Shown piece by piece: positions 37,799-47,901 of a stretch of DNA of 64,000 nt. The stretch is from Dehalococcoidia bacterium. GTDB lineage: Bacteria; Chloroflexota; Dehalococcoidia; SZUA-161; SpSt-899. The stretch lies in NCBI GenBank assembly GCA_048539495.1, contig JBLYPS010000001.1, forward strand, positions 11,235-75,234, written 5' to 3'. The notes below the pieces were generated by a model that was not told where the DNA came from, searched no databases, and worked only from the letters and a program-made list of their open reading frames with translations. Numbering within the stretch: position 1 is the stretch's first letter; each line of letters starts with the position of its first letter. The position numbers and the translations under genes are program-made.

Positions 37799-37905
37799 GA
37801 GTCTGGAGTCTGGAGTCATTGAGTCTAGAGTTCTGAGTTTTGAGGCCCCCCTATATACTCCTCTAAACTCGATACTCAATACTCGATACTCTCGACTCTT
37901 GACTC
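37799..37905. repeat. Heptamer hairpin element between proB and proA; inverted paralogue of 55200-55313
   Basis: gagtctggagtctggagtcattgagtctagagttctgagttttgagg ... ctctaaactcgatactcaatactcgatactctcgactcttgactc. Confidence 0.9.
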
Positions 37906-37926
37906 GCATCAACAGGAGGGAGAAAA

Positions 37927-39201
37927 GTGCAATCGGCGATCGCAGAACTCGAATCGAAGGGGCAGGCTGCCAGGGCTGCCTCCCGGCGGCTGGCCTATCT
38001 TTCGACCGAGACCAAGAACAGAGCTCTGCAAAACATCGCCGAGAGCCTGATAAGCAGGCAGGAGGAGATCCTGGCGGCCAACAGGATTGACTACGATAAG
38101 TCCAAATCTGCAGGCATGGGTGAAGCGATGCTCGATCGATTGATCCTCTCAGCGAGTCGGCTTGAGGGGATGGCTCATGATGTGCGCGCCGTGGCGGCGT
38201 TGCCCGATCCGGTGGGCGAGACCTTCGACATGCACACCATGCCCAACGGCTTGCAGGTGGGCAAGAGGCGAGTACCTTTGGGCGTAATAGGCGCTATCTA
38301 CGAAAGCCGCCCCAATGTCACCGTTGATATATCAATACTCTGTCTGAAGTCGGGCAACGCTATCATCCTGCGGGGTGGTCGGGAGGCGGTGCATTCCAAT
38401 GGCGCTCTCGCCCGGATAGTACAGGATGTGGCAACCAGGGCCGGCGTGCCGCAGGGAGCGGTGCAGTTCATCGAGTCCGCCGAGCGTGCTCTGGTAGACC
38501 ACATGCTGAGGATGAAAGGCACAATTGACCTGATTATCCCACGTGGTGGGCAGGGGCTCATACTCAAGGTGGCAGAGAATGCCGCTATGCCGGTGGTTAC
38601 CGGCGGTGTGGGGGTGTGCCATACCTATGTGGATCGCCGTGCCGATCTTGACAAGGCGGTTGCCATCGCTTATAATGCCAAGGTGCAGCGTCCCACGGTT
38701 TGCAACGCTTTGGACACCCTGCTGGTTCACGAAGACGTCGCTGAAAGTTATCTTCCGCTGGTTGCCCGGGAATGGGCAAAGGCAGGGGTTGAGATGCGTT
38801 GCGACGAGCGAGCGCTGAAGATTTTGCAGCCTATCCCCATCTTAAAGCTTGTCCGGGCCACCGAGCAGGACTGGGGCAAGGAATTTCTAGCGCTCATAGC
38901 CGCCATCCGGATGGTGGAGTCCCTCGATGAAGCATTGGATTATATCGGGCGCTATGGCTCCGGGCATTCCGAGGCCATCATCACCGAGGATTACTCCGCA
39001 GCGATGCGCTTCTTAGCTGAGGTCGATTCTGCCTGCGTTTATGTCAACGCCAGCACCCGCTTCACCGACGGGGGTCAGTTTGGGCTGGGAGCGGAGGTGG
39101 GAATCAGCACTCAGAAGTTTCACGCGCGCGGCCCGATGGGACTCAAGGAGCTAACGACCTACAAATGGACTATACTGGGCAACGGACAAATAAGACCTTG
39201 A
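37927..39201 (+). CDS. proA: Gamma-glutamyl phosphate reductase
   Basis: VPLGVIGAIYESRPNVT, IIPRGG, VCNALDTLL, NASTRFTDGGQFGLGAEVGISTQK. Confidence 0.98.
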   Translation: MQSAIAELESKGQAARAASRRLAYLSTETKNRALQNIAESLISRQEEILAANRIDYDKSKSAGMGEAMLDRLILSASRLEGMAHDVRAVAALPDPVGETFDMHTMPNGLQVGKRRVPLGVIGAIYESRPNVTVDISILCLKSGNAIILRGGREAVHSNGALARIVQDVATRAGVPQGAVQFIESAERALVDHMLRMKGTIDLIIPRGGQGLILKVAENAAMPVVTGGVGVCHTYVDRRADLDKAVAIAYNAKVQRPTVCNALDTLLVHEDVAESYLPLVAREWAKAGVEMRCDERALKILQPIPILKLVRATEQDWGKEFLALIAAIRMVESLDEALDYIGRYGSGHSEAIITEDYSAAMRFLAEVDSACVYVNASTRFTDGGQFGLGAEVGISTQKFHARGPMGLKELTTYKWTILGNGQIRP

Positions 39202-39213
39202 AAGGAGGACATA

Positions 39214-39525
39214 ATGCCAGACTATCGTTTTGAGAGGGAGTGTCGTACACCCTATTCCGAGGCCTACCTTATCACTCTGGATGATGATCAGGTGGGGAGG
39301 GTGGATCTCCATTTTACCACATATATAGTCAACGCTACCCTAAGCGTCGGCGAGAATATGACCGCGGAAGAGATTCGGGAGCTTATCGATACTATCGATG
39401 AACAGTTGGTGCTTCCCGCCGACGCAGCCCGAGATGACTTTCTGGTGACAGTCTATCAGGGGCGTGAGTCCGGCGTCTTCAGCGACGCGGGATTCGATGA
39501 GGAGGATGAAGAGTTCGAAGAGTGA
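39214..39525 (+). CDS. Hypothetical acidic protein
   Basis: GGAGG RBS, 103 aa, in operon between proA and hisZ. Confidence 0.8.
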   Translation: MPDYRFERECRTPYSEAYLITLDDDQVGRVDLHFTTYIVNATLSVGENMTAEEIRELIDTIDEQLVLPADAARDDFLVTVYQGRESGVFSDAGFDEEDEEFEE

Positions 39526-39531
39526 TCACAC

Positions 39532-40992
39532 ATGAAAATCCCTAGATGTAAGGGGGCCCGAGACTTGCTGCCCCAGGATATGTCACGATTCCGCCGCATC
39601 GAGGAGGTGTTCCGAGCTTGCTGCCTGGCCTGGGGGTATGGGGAGATCCGAACGCCCACGCTGGAGTATCTGCAACTCTTCACCTCGGCGGGTACCCTAA
39701 GTCCGAGTATGCTGGACCGAGTATATTCATTCCTCGATTGGGATGGTTGGAGCGGCGAGCGAGTGGTCTTGAGGCCAGACGGCACCATTCCATCGGCCCG
39801 GCTCTACGTAGAGAACCTATCAAAGAGCAGGGGGCGAGGGTCAGGGGGCGGGGGTCAGGGGACTAACAACTGTCAACTGACAACCGACAACTGGCCTGTA
39901 GCCAGGCTCTGCTACATTGAGAATATGTTCTCCTTTGAGGGATCAGGGCAGGAATCGAGGGAGCGGTGGCAATGCGGCGTCGAGCTGATTGGAGGCACTG
40001 AGCCGGAAGGCGACTCCGAGCTTATTATGCTAGCTCTGGAAATTCTCCAGAAACTCGATGTGAGGCTCGTCAACGTCAGGTTATCCCATGTCGGACTGCT
40101 CAAGGCTTTGCTGCAGGAGCTGGGCATGGAAGACAAGGAACAGGCTCAAATGCTGGGGGAGATGCTCGCCGGCGATACCGGTGCCCTCAGCCGATATGCG
40201 AGTCAAGAGTCGAGAGTCAAGAGTCAAGAGTCAAAGGGAGGGGGACTCCAGAGCGAAGCGTCTCCAGACTCCAGACTCCAGACTTTCATAAGGCTGCTTG
40301 GCCTGCAGGGGAAGTCGCCCGGATTCCTGGCAAATCTCAAGAGCGTCCTGCCGGAGAAGTTCTGCGCCATAAAGACTTACATTGACGATCTGGCTCAGGT
40401 TGCGGAGCTCCTCGACAGTATCGGACAGAGTTACCAGATAGACTTCGCTTCCGGTGAAGGATTTGAATACTATACCGGCATGGTGTTTCGATTTTACAGC
40501 TCAGAGGAGCTAGTGGGGAAGGGCGGCCGGTATGACGAGCTGATCCCGCTTGTCGGAGGGGATAATGTCCCTGCTTCCGGATTCGCCCTTTTCACCGATA
40601 GACTCATCTCCCTCCTAGGAGCCATAATAGGAGAAGAGAAGTCCGAAAGGATTCTCCTGACCGGAAGGACCGGTAATATCCAGGAAATGAAATCGTCCTT
40701 TGAGATTGCCAGTCTGCTCCGGGAAAAGGGCTGCATCGTCGAGAACGACCTGGGGCAGAGACACGGGGATGACTATCGCTGGATTGTCTCCTTAGAGAAA
40801 GATGGGGAAGCCATCCTCCTCACTTTAACCGATAAGACGACCGGCAGGGAGCAGAAAGGACTGTCCGTTGATCAGCTCCTACAACGAGTCGAGAGTCAAG
40901 AGTCTAGAGTCGAGAGTCGGGGAGGGGCGGGGGACTCCAGACCCCAGACCCCAGACTCCAGACTCCAAGAGGAGGAGGCCAAGTGCCACTAA
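39532..40992 (+). CDS. hisZ: ATP phosphoribosyltransferase regulatory subunit with three repeat insertions (39828-39894, 40200-40284, 40886-40967)
   Basis: HisRS-like motifs (TPTLE, LRPDGT, QCGVELIG, EYYTG, GGRYD) directly upstream of hisG. Confidence 0.88.
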   Translation: MKIPRCKGARDLLPQDMSRFRRIEEVFRACCLAWGYGEIRTPTLEYLQLFTSAGTLSPSMLDRVYSFLDWDGWSGERVVLRPDGTIPSARLYVENLSKSRGRGSGGGGQGTNNCQLTTDNWPVARLCYIENMFSFEGSGQESRERWQCGVELIGGTEPEGDSELIMLALEILQKLDVRLVNVRLSHVGLLKALLQELGMEDKEQAQMLGEMLAGDTGALSRYASQESRVKSQESKGGGLQSEASPDSRLQTFIRLLGLQGKSPGFLANLKSVLPEKFCAIKTYIDDLAQVAELLDSIGQSYQIDFASGEGFEYYTGMVFRFYSSEELVGKGGRYDELIPLVGGDNVPASGFALFTDRLISLLGAIIGEEKSERILLTGRTGNIQEMKSSFEIASLLREKGCIVENDLGQRHGDDYRWIVSLEKDGEAILLTLTDKTTGREQKGLSVDQLLQRVESQESRVESRGGAGDSRPQTPDSRLQEEEAKCH

Positions 40993-42614
40993 AACTGTCC
41001 CTGCCTAAGGGTTGGCTTCAAGGTAGTACCGCCGCCTTTCTCGAAAAGGCCGGTCTGGTATACCCTGACTACCACCAATCGAGCCGTTCCTATTGCCCGA
41101 AATGCCCGGGCTTCCCCGGCCTATTCAGCAAGGTTTTCCAAGAGAAGGATATCGCCATCCAGGTTGCCATCGGGAACTACGACCTGGCGATCTGCGGGCT
41201 AGACTGGATTCAAGAGCTGCTGGTAAAGTACCGCAGTGATGCGATCGTAAAAGTCCGCGACCTGGGATATGGGCAGCGCAATCTCTATGCGGGAACCAGC
41301 AGGTTCTCTGCTCTGCACTCGGTTGAAGATGTGAAAGCCGCGCCCGATGCCGTGCGCATCGTCAGCGAGTATCCCAATCTGGCCGAAGCCTTTGCCCTGA
41401 AGCTTAGACTGAAGAGATTTAGGGTGTTGCCTGTCTGGGGAGCAACCGACGCCTATCCACCGGAACACGCCGATCTGGCCATCGTCTCTGCCGCATCGTG
41501 TGAGGAGCTTGGGGAAAGAGACCTGATCCCCATAGCAAAGATTCTCACCGGTAATGCCTGGCTTATAGCCAATAGAAGCAGCCTCGAGCAGAAAGACATG
41601 AGTTCTCTGCTGTCGCCGTTTTACAGGACCGATCCCGTGGTAGAGGCCGGGGAGGAATTATCCATCTCGGAGATTGATTCCGAGGGCGAATTTCAAGAGT
41701 CGAGAGTCAAGAGTCAGGTAAATAGACTGAAGGTAGATAGGCTGAAGGAGGGGGGAGGGAGCCTTCAGCCTTCAGCCTTCAGCCTTCGGAGTCCAGACTC
41801 CAGACTCCAGACTGTATCGCTAGCACTGCCTGACGGTCACCAGCAAAGCCATGCGATCAAGCTCCTGAAAAAGGCTGGACTGAAGATCAATGGTTATGGT
41901 TCGGCCACGCGAAGGCCCCTGATGGATTTCGGCGAGGTCAATTCGAGTCGAGAGTCGAGAGTCGAGACTCCAGACTCCAGACTCCAGACTCCAGACTTCC
42001 TTGTGAAGGTGATCCGTCCGCAGGATATGCCCCTTCAAGTGGCCAGCGGAAACTTCGACCTGGCCATCACCGGCCGAGACTGGCTCAGGGATCATCTCTG
42101 CCGGTTTCCGACCAGCCCCGTCCAGGAGATAGCCGATCTTGGCTTTGGCTGGGTGCGCATTGTTGCGGTAGTTAGCAATAATCTGCCTGCAGATGACACC
42201 GGCGAATTAAGGAACCTGCTCCGATTCGGAAGTCGGGAGTCAGGAGTCAGGAGTCAGGAGTCGAGGAGAGGGGAGGAGGACTCTAGACTCCAGACCCTAG
42301 ACTCTAGACTCGTGTTGCGCATCGCCTCGGAGTACACCAACATCGCCGACAAATACGCCAGAGATAATCACCTTGCCCCATACAAGGTGATCCCCACATG
42401 GGGGGCTACCGAGGCATTTCTGCCGGAGGATGCCGATGTGCTTATCGAAAACACCGAGACCGGCAGGACTCTAGCCAAACACAATCTCAAGATCATTGAA
42501 ACCCTTTTTGAGTCCACGGGCTGTCTGATAGGCAACTCATCTCCAAGCCCGCTGAAGGAGTCAAGAATAACCAGCCTGGTAGAGATTCTGAAGAAGGGCG
42601 TGAATTCGGCCTGA
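40983..42614 (+). CDS. hisG: ATP phosphoribosyltransferase, tandem two-domain form, with three repeat insertions (41694-41813, 41944-41997, 42228-42311)
   Basis: Two copies of LP.G..Q / D...QVA.GN.DLAI.G.DW / SEY.N.A / WGAT; ENTETGRTL in the second copy. Confidence 0.9.
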   Translation: MPLKLSLPKGWLQGSTAAFLEKAGLVYPDYHQSSRSYCPKCPGFPGLFSKVFQEKDIAIQVAIGNYDLAICGLDWIQELLVKYRSDAIVKVRDLGYGQRNLYAGTSRFSALHSVEDVKAAPDAVRIVSEYPNLAEAFALKLRLKRFRVLPVWGATDAYPPEHADLAIVSAASCEELGERDLIPIAKILTGNAWLIANRSSLEQKDMSSLLSPFYRTDPVVEAGEELSISEIDSEGEFQESRVKSQVNRLKVDRLKEGGGSLQPSAFSLRSPDSRLQTVSLALPDGHQQSHAIKLLKKAGLKINGYGSATRRPLMDFGEVNSSRESRVETPDSRLQTPDFLVKVIRPQDMPLQVASGNFDLAITGRDWLRDHLCRFPTSPVQEIADLGFGWVRIVAVVSNNLPADDTGELRNLLRFGSRESGVRSQESRRGEEDSRLQTLDSRLVLRIASEYTNIADKYARDNHLAPYKVIPTWGATEAFLPEDADVLIENTETGRTLAKHNLKIIETLFESTGCLIGNSSPSPLKESRITSLVEILKKGVNSA

Positions 42615-42904
42615 GGAGACCCAGGAGACAAGCTCATGCCCAATCCATTGAGCTCTATCATTCCCATATTAGATGTGCTGGGAAAGGAACTCAAGATCCT
42701 CCCTGCTACTGGTGGTGCCGTAGAGGATCTCCAACACCCGGACCAGGATGAAATAGAGGACGTCCTAATAAATAGGGATGCGGGGGAAATCACTGCTTTC
42801 GCCGAGATACCTGAGCCTGATATTTCTGACATCTACAGGCCAACACCACCTCTTTTCCGCCAGGAAAAACACCTATTCAGATTTTTCATTGAAGGACTAG
42901 GTTT

Positions 42905-43186
42905 GAGGATTCGGAGTCAATAGAGCTTGCCTTCATTTACGGCTCGGTAGCTAGGAACCGGGAAGAAGCGGAAAGTGATATTGACCTATTTGTCGTGGGA
43001 CAAATTGAGGAGGACGAACTCCACAAGCTAGTGTCTGACATCGAAAAAGAAATTGGCCGGGAAATCAATTATAACTTGATGACGAAAAAAGAGTTCCGGG
43101 AAAGAAGTAAGAAAGGCGAGCCATTTATCAAGCGAATTGAGAGGGAAGAGAAACTGATACTCAAAGGTAACCTTGATGTCTATTGA
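42905..43186 (+). pseudogene. Minimal nucleotidyltransferase (MNT) domain, 5' end disrupted
   Basis: IELAFIYGSVARNREEAESDIDLFVVG (GS..DxD) in frame with ORF 42995-43186; no intact start seen. Confidence 0.7.
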
Positions 43187-43601
43187 AGAACTCATTAAAG
43201 AGGGTGGTATCCATCCATTCAAAGCAACTCAGGAAGAGATTAACAGAGCTATTGAGATTGCTCAGCGCGATTTAGCCTTAGCTGAGAATATCCTGGGGGA
43301 AAGCCTGGACTGGACTTACTCCGTCGCCTACAATGCTGTGCTGCAAGCTTGCCGAGCTTATATGTTTCACCTCGGATACAGGCCTGCCAGTGCCGAAGCA
43401 CACAAGAACACTTTTGAGTTCATGCGGTTCGCTGTGGATGAACCTTTTAAGAATTCCGTTTCCTACTTTGATCGGGTCAGGAGAAAGCGACACCGCACTA
43501 TATATGATGAGGTTGGCTTGGTCAGTGAAAAAGAGGCGAGGGAATTACTCAAAAGGGCGAGAGAATTTCTATCTTACGTAGAGGGTAAGCTAAAGGAGTG
43601 A
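43176..43601 (+). CDS. HEPN-domain protein (MNT-HEPN pair)
   Basis: AYNAVLQACRA..G....AH, RRKRH..IYD motif; overlaps the MNT stop. Confidence 0.8.
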   Translation: MSIEELIKEGGIHPFKATQEEINRAIEIAQRDLALAENILGESLDWTYSVAYNAVLQACRAYMFHLGYRPASAEAHKNTFEFMRFAVDEPFKNSVSYFDRVRRKRHRTIYDEVGLVSEKEARELLKRAREFLSYVEGKLKE

Positions 43602-43960
43602 TAAGTGCAGCGATGTATAATTCGTTTCTCCCTCAGATAGCCCAGGTAAGAGTCGTAGTATATTGCCTCTATGGTCACCTGGATACACCGGATGACTTTC
43701 TTCAGCGAATAAAAGACCTCACTACCTGGGGTGTCGTAGCCTATCCAATGAGATACCAGCCACTGGAGCCCTGTGACAAGGACAGCTATATCTCTCCCAA
43801 TTGGAGTAGAGAGCAACTGGAAATGATAGCTAGGGCAAGGCGAGTCATCGGGTATGGAGGTGCCTTCCCACCCTACGAAGGACTGAAAAGGAAGCTTCTT
43901 GACGAAAAAGACTTTCAAAGAGTCTTTGAACTCAGGCCTGTGCAACTGGGTTATAGGTAA
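43598..43960 (+). pseudogene. Probable C-terminal fragment of a radical SAM-type protein
   Basis: VYCLYG..DTPDDFLQRI...GV.AYPMRYQP resembles the C-terminal half of radical SAM barrels; no CxxxCxxC. Confidence 0.4.
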
Positions 43961-44048
43961 TAGGTTATAGGACGTCGGACGTAGGACATCGGACTGCTGA
44001 CAAGTGGGGACGGGGTTACCTCGTCCCTACTAGAATGAGGGAACCGAA

Positions 44049-45371
44049 TTGAGGGTAATCCAGGATATAGAACTCGCTAAATCCACTCTGCTTAAGCGGC
44101 TGCCTGCGGAATCGGTAAAGCTGCCGCTAGAACGCATCAAAGAGACCTTCGGCAAGGAGCTGACACCTGAGGAGGCAGTAAGGCAGATAATCACCGATGT
44201 GCGAGATCGGGGCGATGCGGCCCTTCTTGACTACGCCGAAAGGCTGGAGGGAGCGAAGCTAACTCGTCTGGAAGTTTCCAGGAAAGAAATCACCGCGGCC
44301 CGGAATAACGTAGACGAAGAACTTCTGGCCGCCCTCCAAACCGCCGCCGAGAGGATTAGAGATTTCCATCAAAAACAGCGGGACTTGCTGCCAACGGGGC
44401 AGATTGACCTCGGGGAAGGACTGGGGCAGGTCATTTCTCCACTGGAGCGGGTGGGAATCTACGCCCCTGGTGGGACGGCCTCATATCCATCGACCGTCCT
44501 CATGACAGCCATCCCCGCCAGGGTGGCTGGCGTCGACGAGATTATCCTCGCCACCCCGCCCCGACCCGATGGCCATATCCCACCGCTTACCCTGGCGGCG
44601 GCAGATATCTCCGGGGCCGACCGGGTATTCGCCGTCGGGGGAGCCCAGGCTATTGCCGCCCTTGCCTTCGGAACGGAGTCGATTCCCCGGGTTGACAAGA
44701 TATGCGGGCCGGGGAACATCTTCGTTATACTGGCAAAAAAGCAGGTCTTCGGGGCAGTTGGTATAGATGGACTTCAGGGGCCAACTGAAACCATCGTCCT
44801 GGCCGATGACTGCGCAAATCCGGGCTCCTGTGCCGCCGACCTTCTGGCCCAGGCCGAACACGACGAGCTGGCCACGGCAATCATGATCACCACCTCGCCT
44901 GAATTGGCCCACGAGGTCAATGTTGAGGTAGAACGTCAGCTTGTCGAGCTGGAACGCCGCAAGATCGCCGAGAGGTCTCTGGAGCAACGCGGAGGCATAA
45001 TAGTGGTCAGCGGAATGGATGAGGCGGTCGAGCTAGTCAACGCCTACGCCCCGGAGCACCTCTGTCTGATCGTGCGGGACGCCGAGTCCGTTGTTGCCCG
45101 GATTCGAAACGCCGGAGGCATATTCATCGGCGAAAGTTCGCCTGAGGTTGTCGGCGATTATGCGGCCGGGCCGAGCCACGTAATGCCCACCGGAGGCACG
45201 GCTCGCTTCAGCTCGCCGCTGAGCGTGACCGATTTCCTCAAGATCACCAGCCTCGTCGCCCTGGATAAGAAAACCCTCAAGAAGCTGGGTCCCCATGCGG
45301 CCGCCATCGCCAGAGCCGAGGGACTCACCGCCCATGCGGCGGCAGTTGAGAGAAGAATGAGAGATGCCTAG
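44049..45371 (+). CDS. hisD: Histidinol dehydrogenase
   Basis: YAPGGTASYPSTVLM, GGAQAIAA, DKICGPGN, QAEHD, APEHL, GDYAAGPSHVMPT. Confidence 0.98.
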   Translation: MRVIQDIELAKSTLLKRLPAESVKLPLERIKETFGKELTPEEAVRQIITDVRDRGDAALLDYAERLEGAKLTRLEVSRKEITAARNNVDEELLAALQTAAERIRDFHQKQRDLLPTGQIDLGEGLGQVISPLERVGIYAPGGTASYPSTVLMTAIPARVAGVDEIILATPPRPDGHIPPLTLAAADISGADRVFAVGGAQAIAALAFGTESIPRVDKICGPGNIFVILAKKQVFGAVGIDGLQGPTETIVLADDCANPGSCAADLLAQAEHDELATAIMITTSPELAHEVNVEVERQLVELERRKIAERSLEQRGGIIVVSGMDEAVELVNAYAPEHLCLIVRDAESVVARIRNAGGIFIGESSPEVVGDYAAGPSHVMPTGGTARFSSPLSVTDFLKITSLVALDKKTLKKLGPHAAAIARAEGLTAHAAAVERRMRDA

Positions 45372-46458
45372 CATAGAGAAGCTCATCAGACGCCATCTGA
45401 CCGATCTGAAACCCTATGAATCGATCGACCCGGTGGGGGTAGTGGCCGAACGCGCCGGCATTCCTGCCGAGCAAGTGATCAAGCTAGATGCGAATGAGAA
45501 TCCTTATGGATGCTCGCCGCGAGTCCAGTGTGCCCTCGGCGAAGCCGATTCTTACCACATCTATCCGGATCCCTTAAACCGCGAGTTACGACAGCTACTG
45601 GCGGGATACACCGGATTTGACCCGCAGTATATCGCCGTCGGCAGCGGCAGCGATGAGCTGATCGACCTCATCCTGAGACTTACCCTTGAACCGGGAGACA
45701 GGGTTATTAATTGCCCCCCTACCTTCGGAATGTATCCCTTCAGCACCGGCGTCTGTGGGGGGGAGATCGTCAATGTTCCGCGGGGGCCAGATTACAGTGT
45801 CAATGTTGCCGCGATCAGATCGGCCGTTGACCAGCGCACCAGGGTCATTTTCATAACCTCCCCCAACAACCCTACGGGCAATCTCACATCAGAGGGAGAT
45901 ATACTTCAACTGCTCGAAACTGAGGTGCTGGTTGTAGTAGACGAGGCCTATTATGAGTTTGCTGAAGCAAGCGTAGCCCCCCTCGTCCCCTCCCATGCCA
46001 ATCTCATCGTGCTGCGCACCTTCAGCAAGTGGGCCGGACTGGCAGGATTGCGGGTCGGCTATGCTATTCTGTCACCCCAGATCAACGAAGTCATCTACCG
46101 AATGAAGTTGCCCTATAATATTACCATCGCTGCCGAGATCGCGGTCCGGGAGTCGCTGGCGGATATGGACTACCTGCAGGGCAAGATCAGAGCAATACTC
46201 ACTGAGAGGGAGCGCCTCTTCCAAGAGCTGAAGGTGCAGGGGATTCTTGACCCCATCCCCTCCAGGGGTAGCTTCCTGCTGTGCCGGGTAGTCAAGGGGG
46301 AGGCGCTGGAGATCAAGCAGGACCTGGAGAAGAGGGGCATCCTTGTCCGCTACTACGATGTCCACAGGCTGAGGGACAAACTTCGCATCAGCGTCGGCAG
46401 GCCGGAGCACACCGATACTCTGCTGCGGGCGCTTTCAGAAATATGCCCGGGATTGTAA
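45364..46458 (+). CDS. hisC: Histidinol-phosphate aminotransferase
   Basis: KLDANENP, SPNNPTG, VDEAYYEF, RTFSKWAGLAGLRVGY. Confidence 0.97.
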   Translation: MPSIEKLIRRHLTDLKPYESIDPVGVVAERAGIPAEQVIKLDANENPYGCSPRVQCALGEADSYHIYPDPLNRELRQLLAGYTGFDPQYIAVGSGSDELIDLILRLTLEPGDRVINCPPTFGMYPFSTGVCGGEIVNVPRGPDYSVNVAAIRSAVDQRTRVIFITSPNNPTGNLTSEGDILQLLETEVLVVVDEAYYEFAEASVAPLVPSHANLIVLRTFSKWAGLAGLRVGYAILSPQINEVIYRMKLPYNITIAAEIAVRESLADMDYLQGKIRAILTERERLFQELKVQGILDPIPSRGSFLLCRVVKGEALEIKQDLEKRGILVRYYDVHRLRDKLRISVGRPEHTDTLLRALSEICPGL

Positions 46459-46539
46459 CTCTAAGTAACTAGATTTCTGGCAAGGGTGTTTTTGTATGAA
46501 ATGCCCTGTTCTCATCCAAGTACCGACTACTGTCATCGT

Positions 46540-46782
46540 AGAATTCATGTTGTCGAAATGGAGGTAGGTTCAGAGCGCAAGCAGGGTGTGACCGGAGGGA
46601 GCAACCGAGCTCGTGAAGTGCTGAGGGCCTTGGGGATCACGGCGCTCACCCCACCCCAAGTGCCAGAAGCAGACTGAAAAAGGCGATGTAATGACAAAAT
46701 CGCCTCAAAACCCTAGACTTTGAATCTGTTTTCAGACCCAATTGTCAAACATGTGATAGTTAAGACATTGGTCAACTTGGGC
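46540..46782 (+). mobile_element. IS remnant (possible IS1634-like transposase C-terminus and right end)
   Basis: Fragment ...REVLRALGITALTPP* followed by gtaatgacaaaa..tgtcaaac / gtcaacttggg end-like motifs; family from memory only. Confidence 0.35.
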
Positions 46783-46803
46783 TAAGAGCTGACCGCTGAG
46801 CGC

Positions 46804-47760
46804 TCACCAGGCTTTATCCAGCGCAAGAGCCACCGCACCGAGAATTACCGAATCGTCCCCCAAAGCGGAGCGGATTACCCTGGCCCGATTCCTAAAATCA
46901 GGCATGGCTCGCTGTGCGATCACCTCGCGGATAGGCTTCAGAATCAGCTCGCCGGCGTTGGATACCCCACCCCCGATAATCACCACCTCAGGATCGAAGA
47001 TGTGTATTAGTGATACTATCGCCATACCGAGGCTAGTTCCTGCCTGACGCATCACCTCCTGTGCCGTCACATCACCCTGGCCGGCTGTCTCTACCACCGT
47101 TTCGGCGGTTACCCTCGATAAGTCCCCCCGGACAAGGCGAGAGATGCCGCTGGGCTCACCCTGAGAAATTCTCTCCACCGCCATGCGGGCAATGGCGGTC
47201 CCGGAGGCCAGGGCCTCGAGATGCCCTCTTCCACCACAGTTGCAGATTGGGCCATCGGGATCAACTACCATATGGCCGATCTCGGCGACTGACACACTGG
47301 ACCCACATAGAAGCTGCCCGTTGATGATTATCCCTCCCCCTATCCCGGTGCTCACGGTGATATATATCAGGCGATCGAACCCCCGGCCAGCTCCAAATCG
47401 ATGCTCGCCCAGGGCAGCCAGGTCGGCATCGTTCTCCACCCAGATGGGGATGTGGAACTCCTCCTCCAGTTGCTCCTTCAAGGGAACATCTCGCCAGGTG
47501 GGGAGACTGGGTGGGGTGAGTATCACGCCCGTTCGGGGGTTGATTGGTCCCGCTGCGCCAACCGCTATTCCCACCACCTCTTTGAAGGAGACGCTCGATG
47601 CAGTCTTCCTTATAGCGGTCTTCAGTCGCTGGATGCCCCTCTCCGGGCCTTCTTGCGGACGGGTAGGTTCTGCGCTCCTGCAAATAAGTCTCCCCTCGCG
47701 ATCCGCCAGGGCGACGCGGAAACTCGTTCCCCCAATGTCAACTGCTATGACGAAGTTCAT
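46804..47760 (-). CDS. ROK-family sugar kinase (glucokinase-like)
   Basis: AVDIGGT, ENDADLAALGE, STGIGGG, EIGH, CNCG..GHLE. Confidence 0.93.
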   Translation of the reverse strand: MNFVIAVDIGGTSFRVALADREGRLICRSAEPTRPQEGPERGIQRLKTAIRKTASSVSFKEVVGIAVGAAGPINPRTGVILTPPSLPTWRDVPLKEQLEEEFHIPIWVENDADLAALGEHRFGAGRGFDRLIYITVSTGIGGGIIINGQLLCGSSVSVAEIGHMVVDPDGPICNCGGRGHLEALASGTAIARMAVERISQGEPSGISRLVRGDLSRVTAETVVETAGQGDVTAQEVMRQAGTSLGMAIVSLIHIFDPEVVIIGGGVSNAGELILKPIREVIAQRAMPDFRNRARVIRSALGDDSVILGAVALALDKAW

Positions 47761-47813
47761 GTCCGAAGCCTCTGGTATAGAATAGCACAATATGGCACTC
47801 GAGGGAAACCGCC

Positions 47814-47842
47814 TTGACATGCCGTCAATATAAACATAAAAT
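47814..47842 (+). promoter_or_regulatory. Putative sigma70 promoter
   Basis: TTGACA-17 nt-TAAAAT upstream of the GNAT gene. Confidence 0.55.
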
Positions 47843-47901
47843 AGCGCTATGCTATCCAATAGGAGCGGGTCGGATAAATCCGACCCCTACTCCCAAGTCA
47901 G

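Noticed and set aside
42636-42923. ORF 42636-42923 as a real gene
   Set aside because: No recognisable motif; it looks like a junction of fragments, and the opposite-strand frame contains stops.
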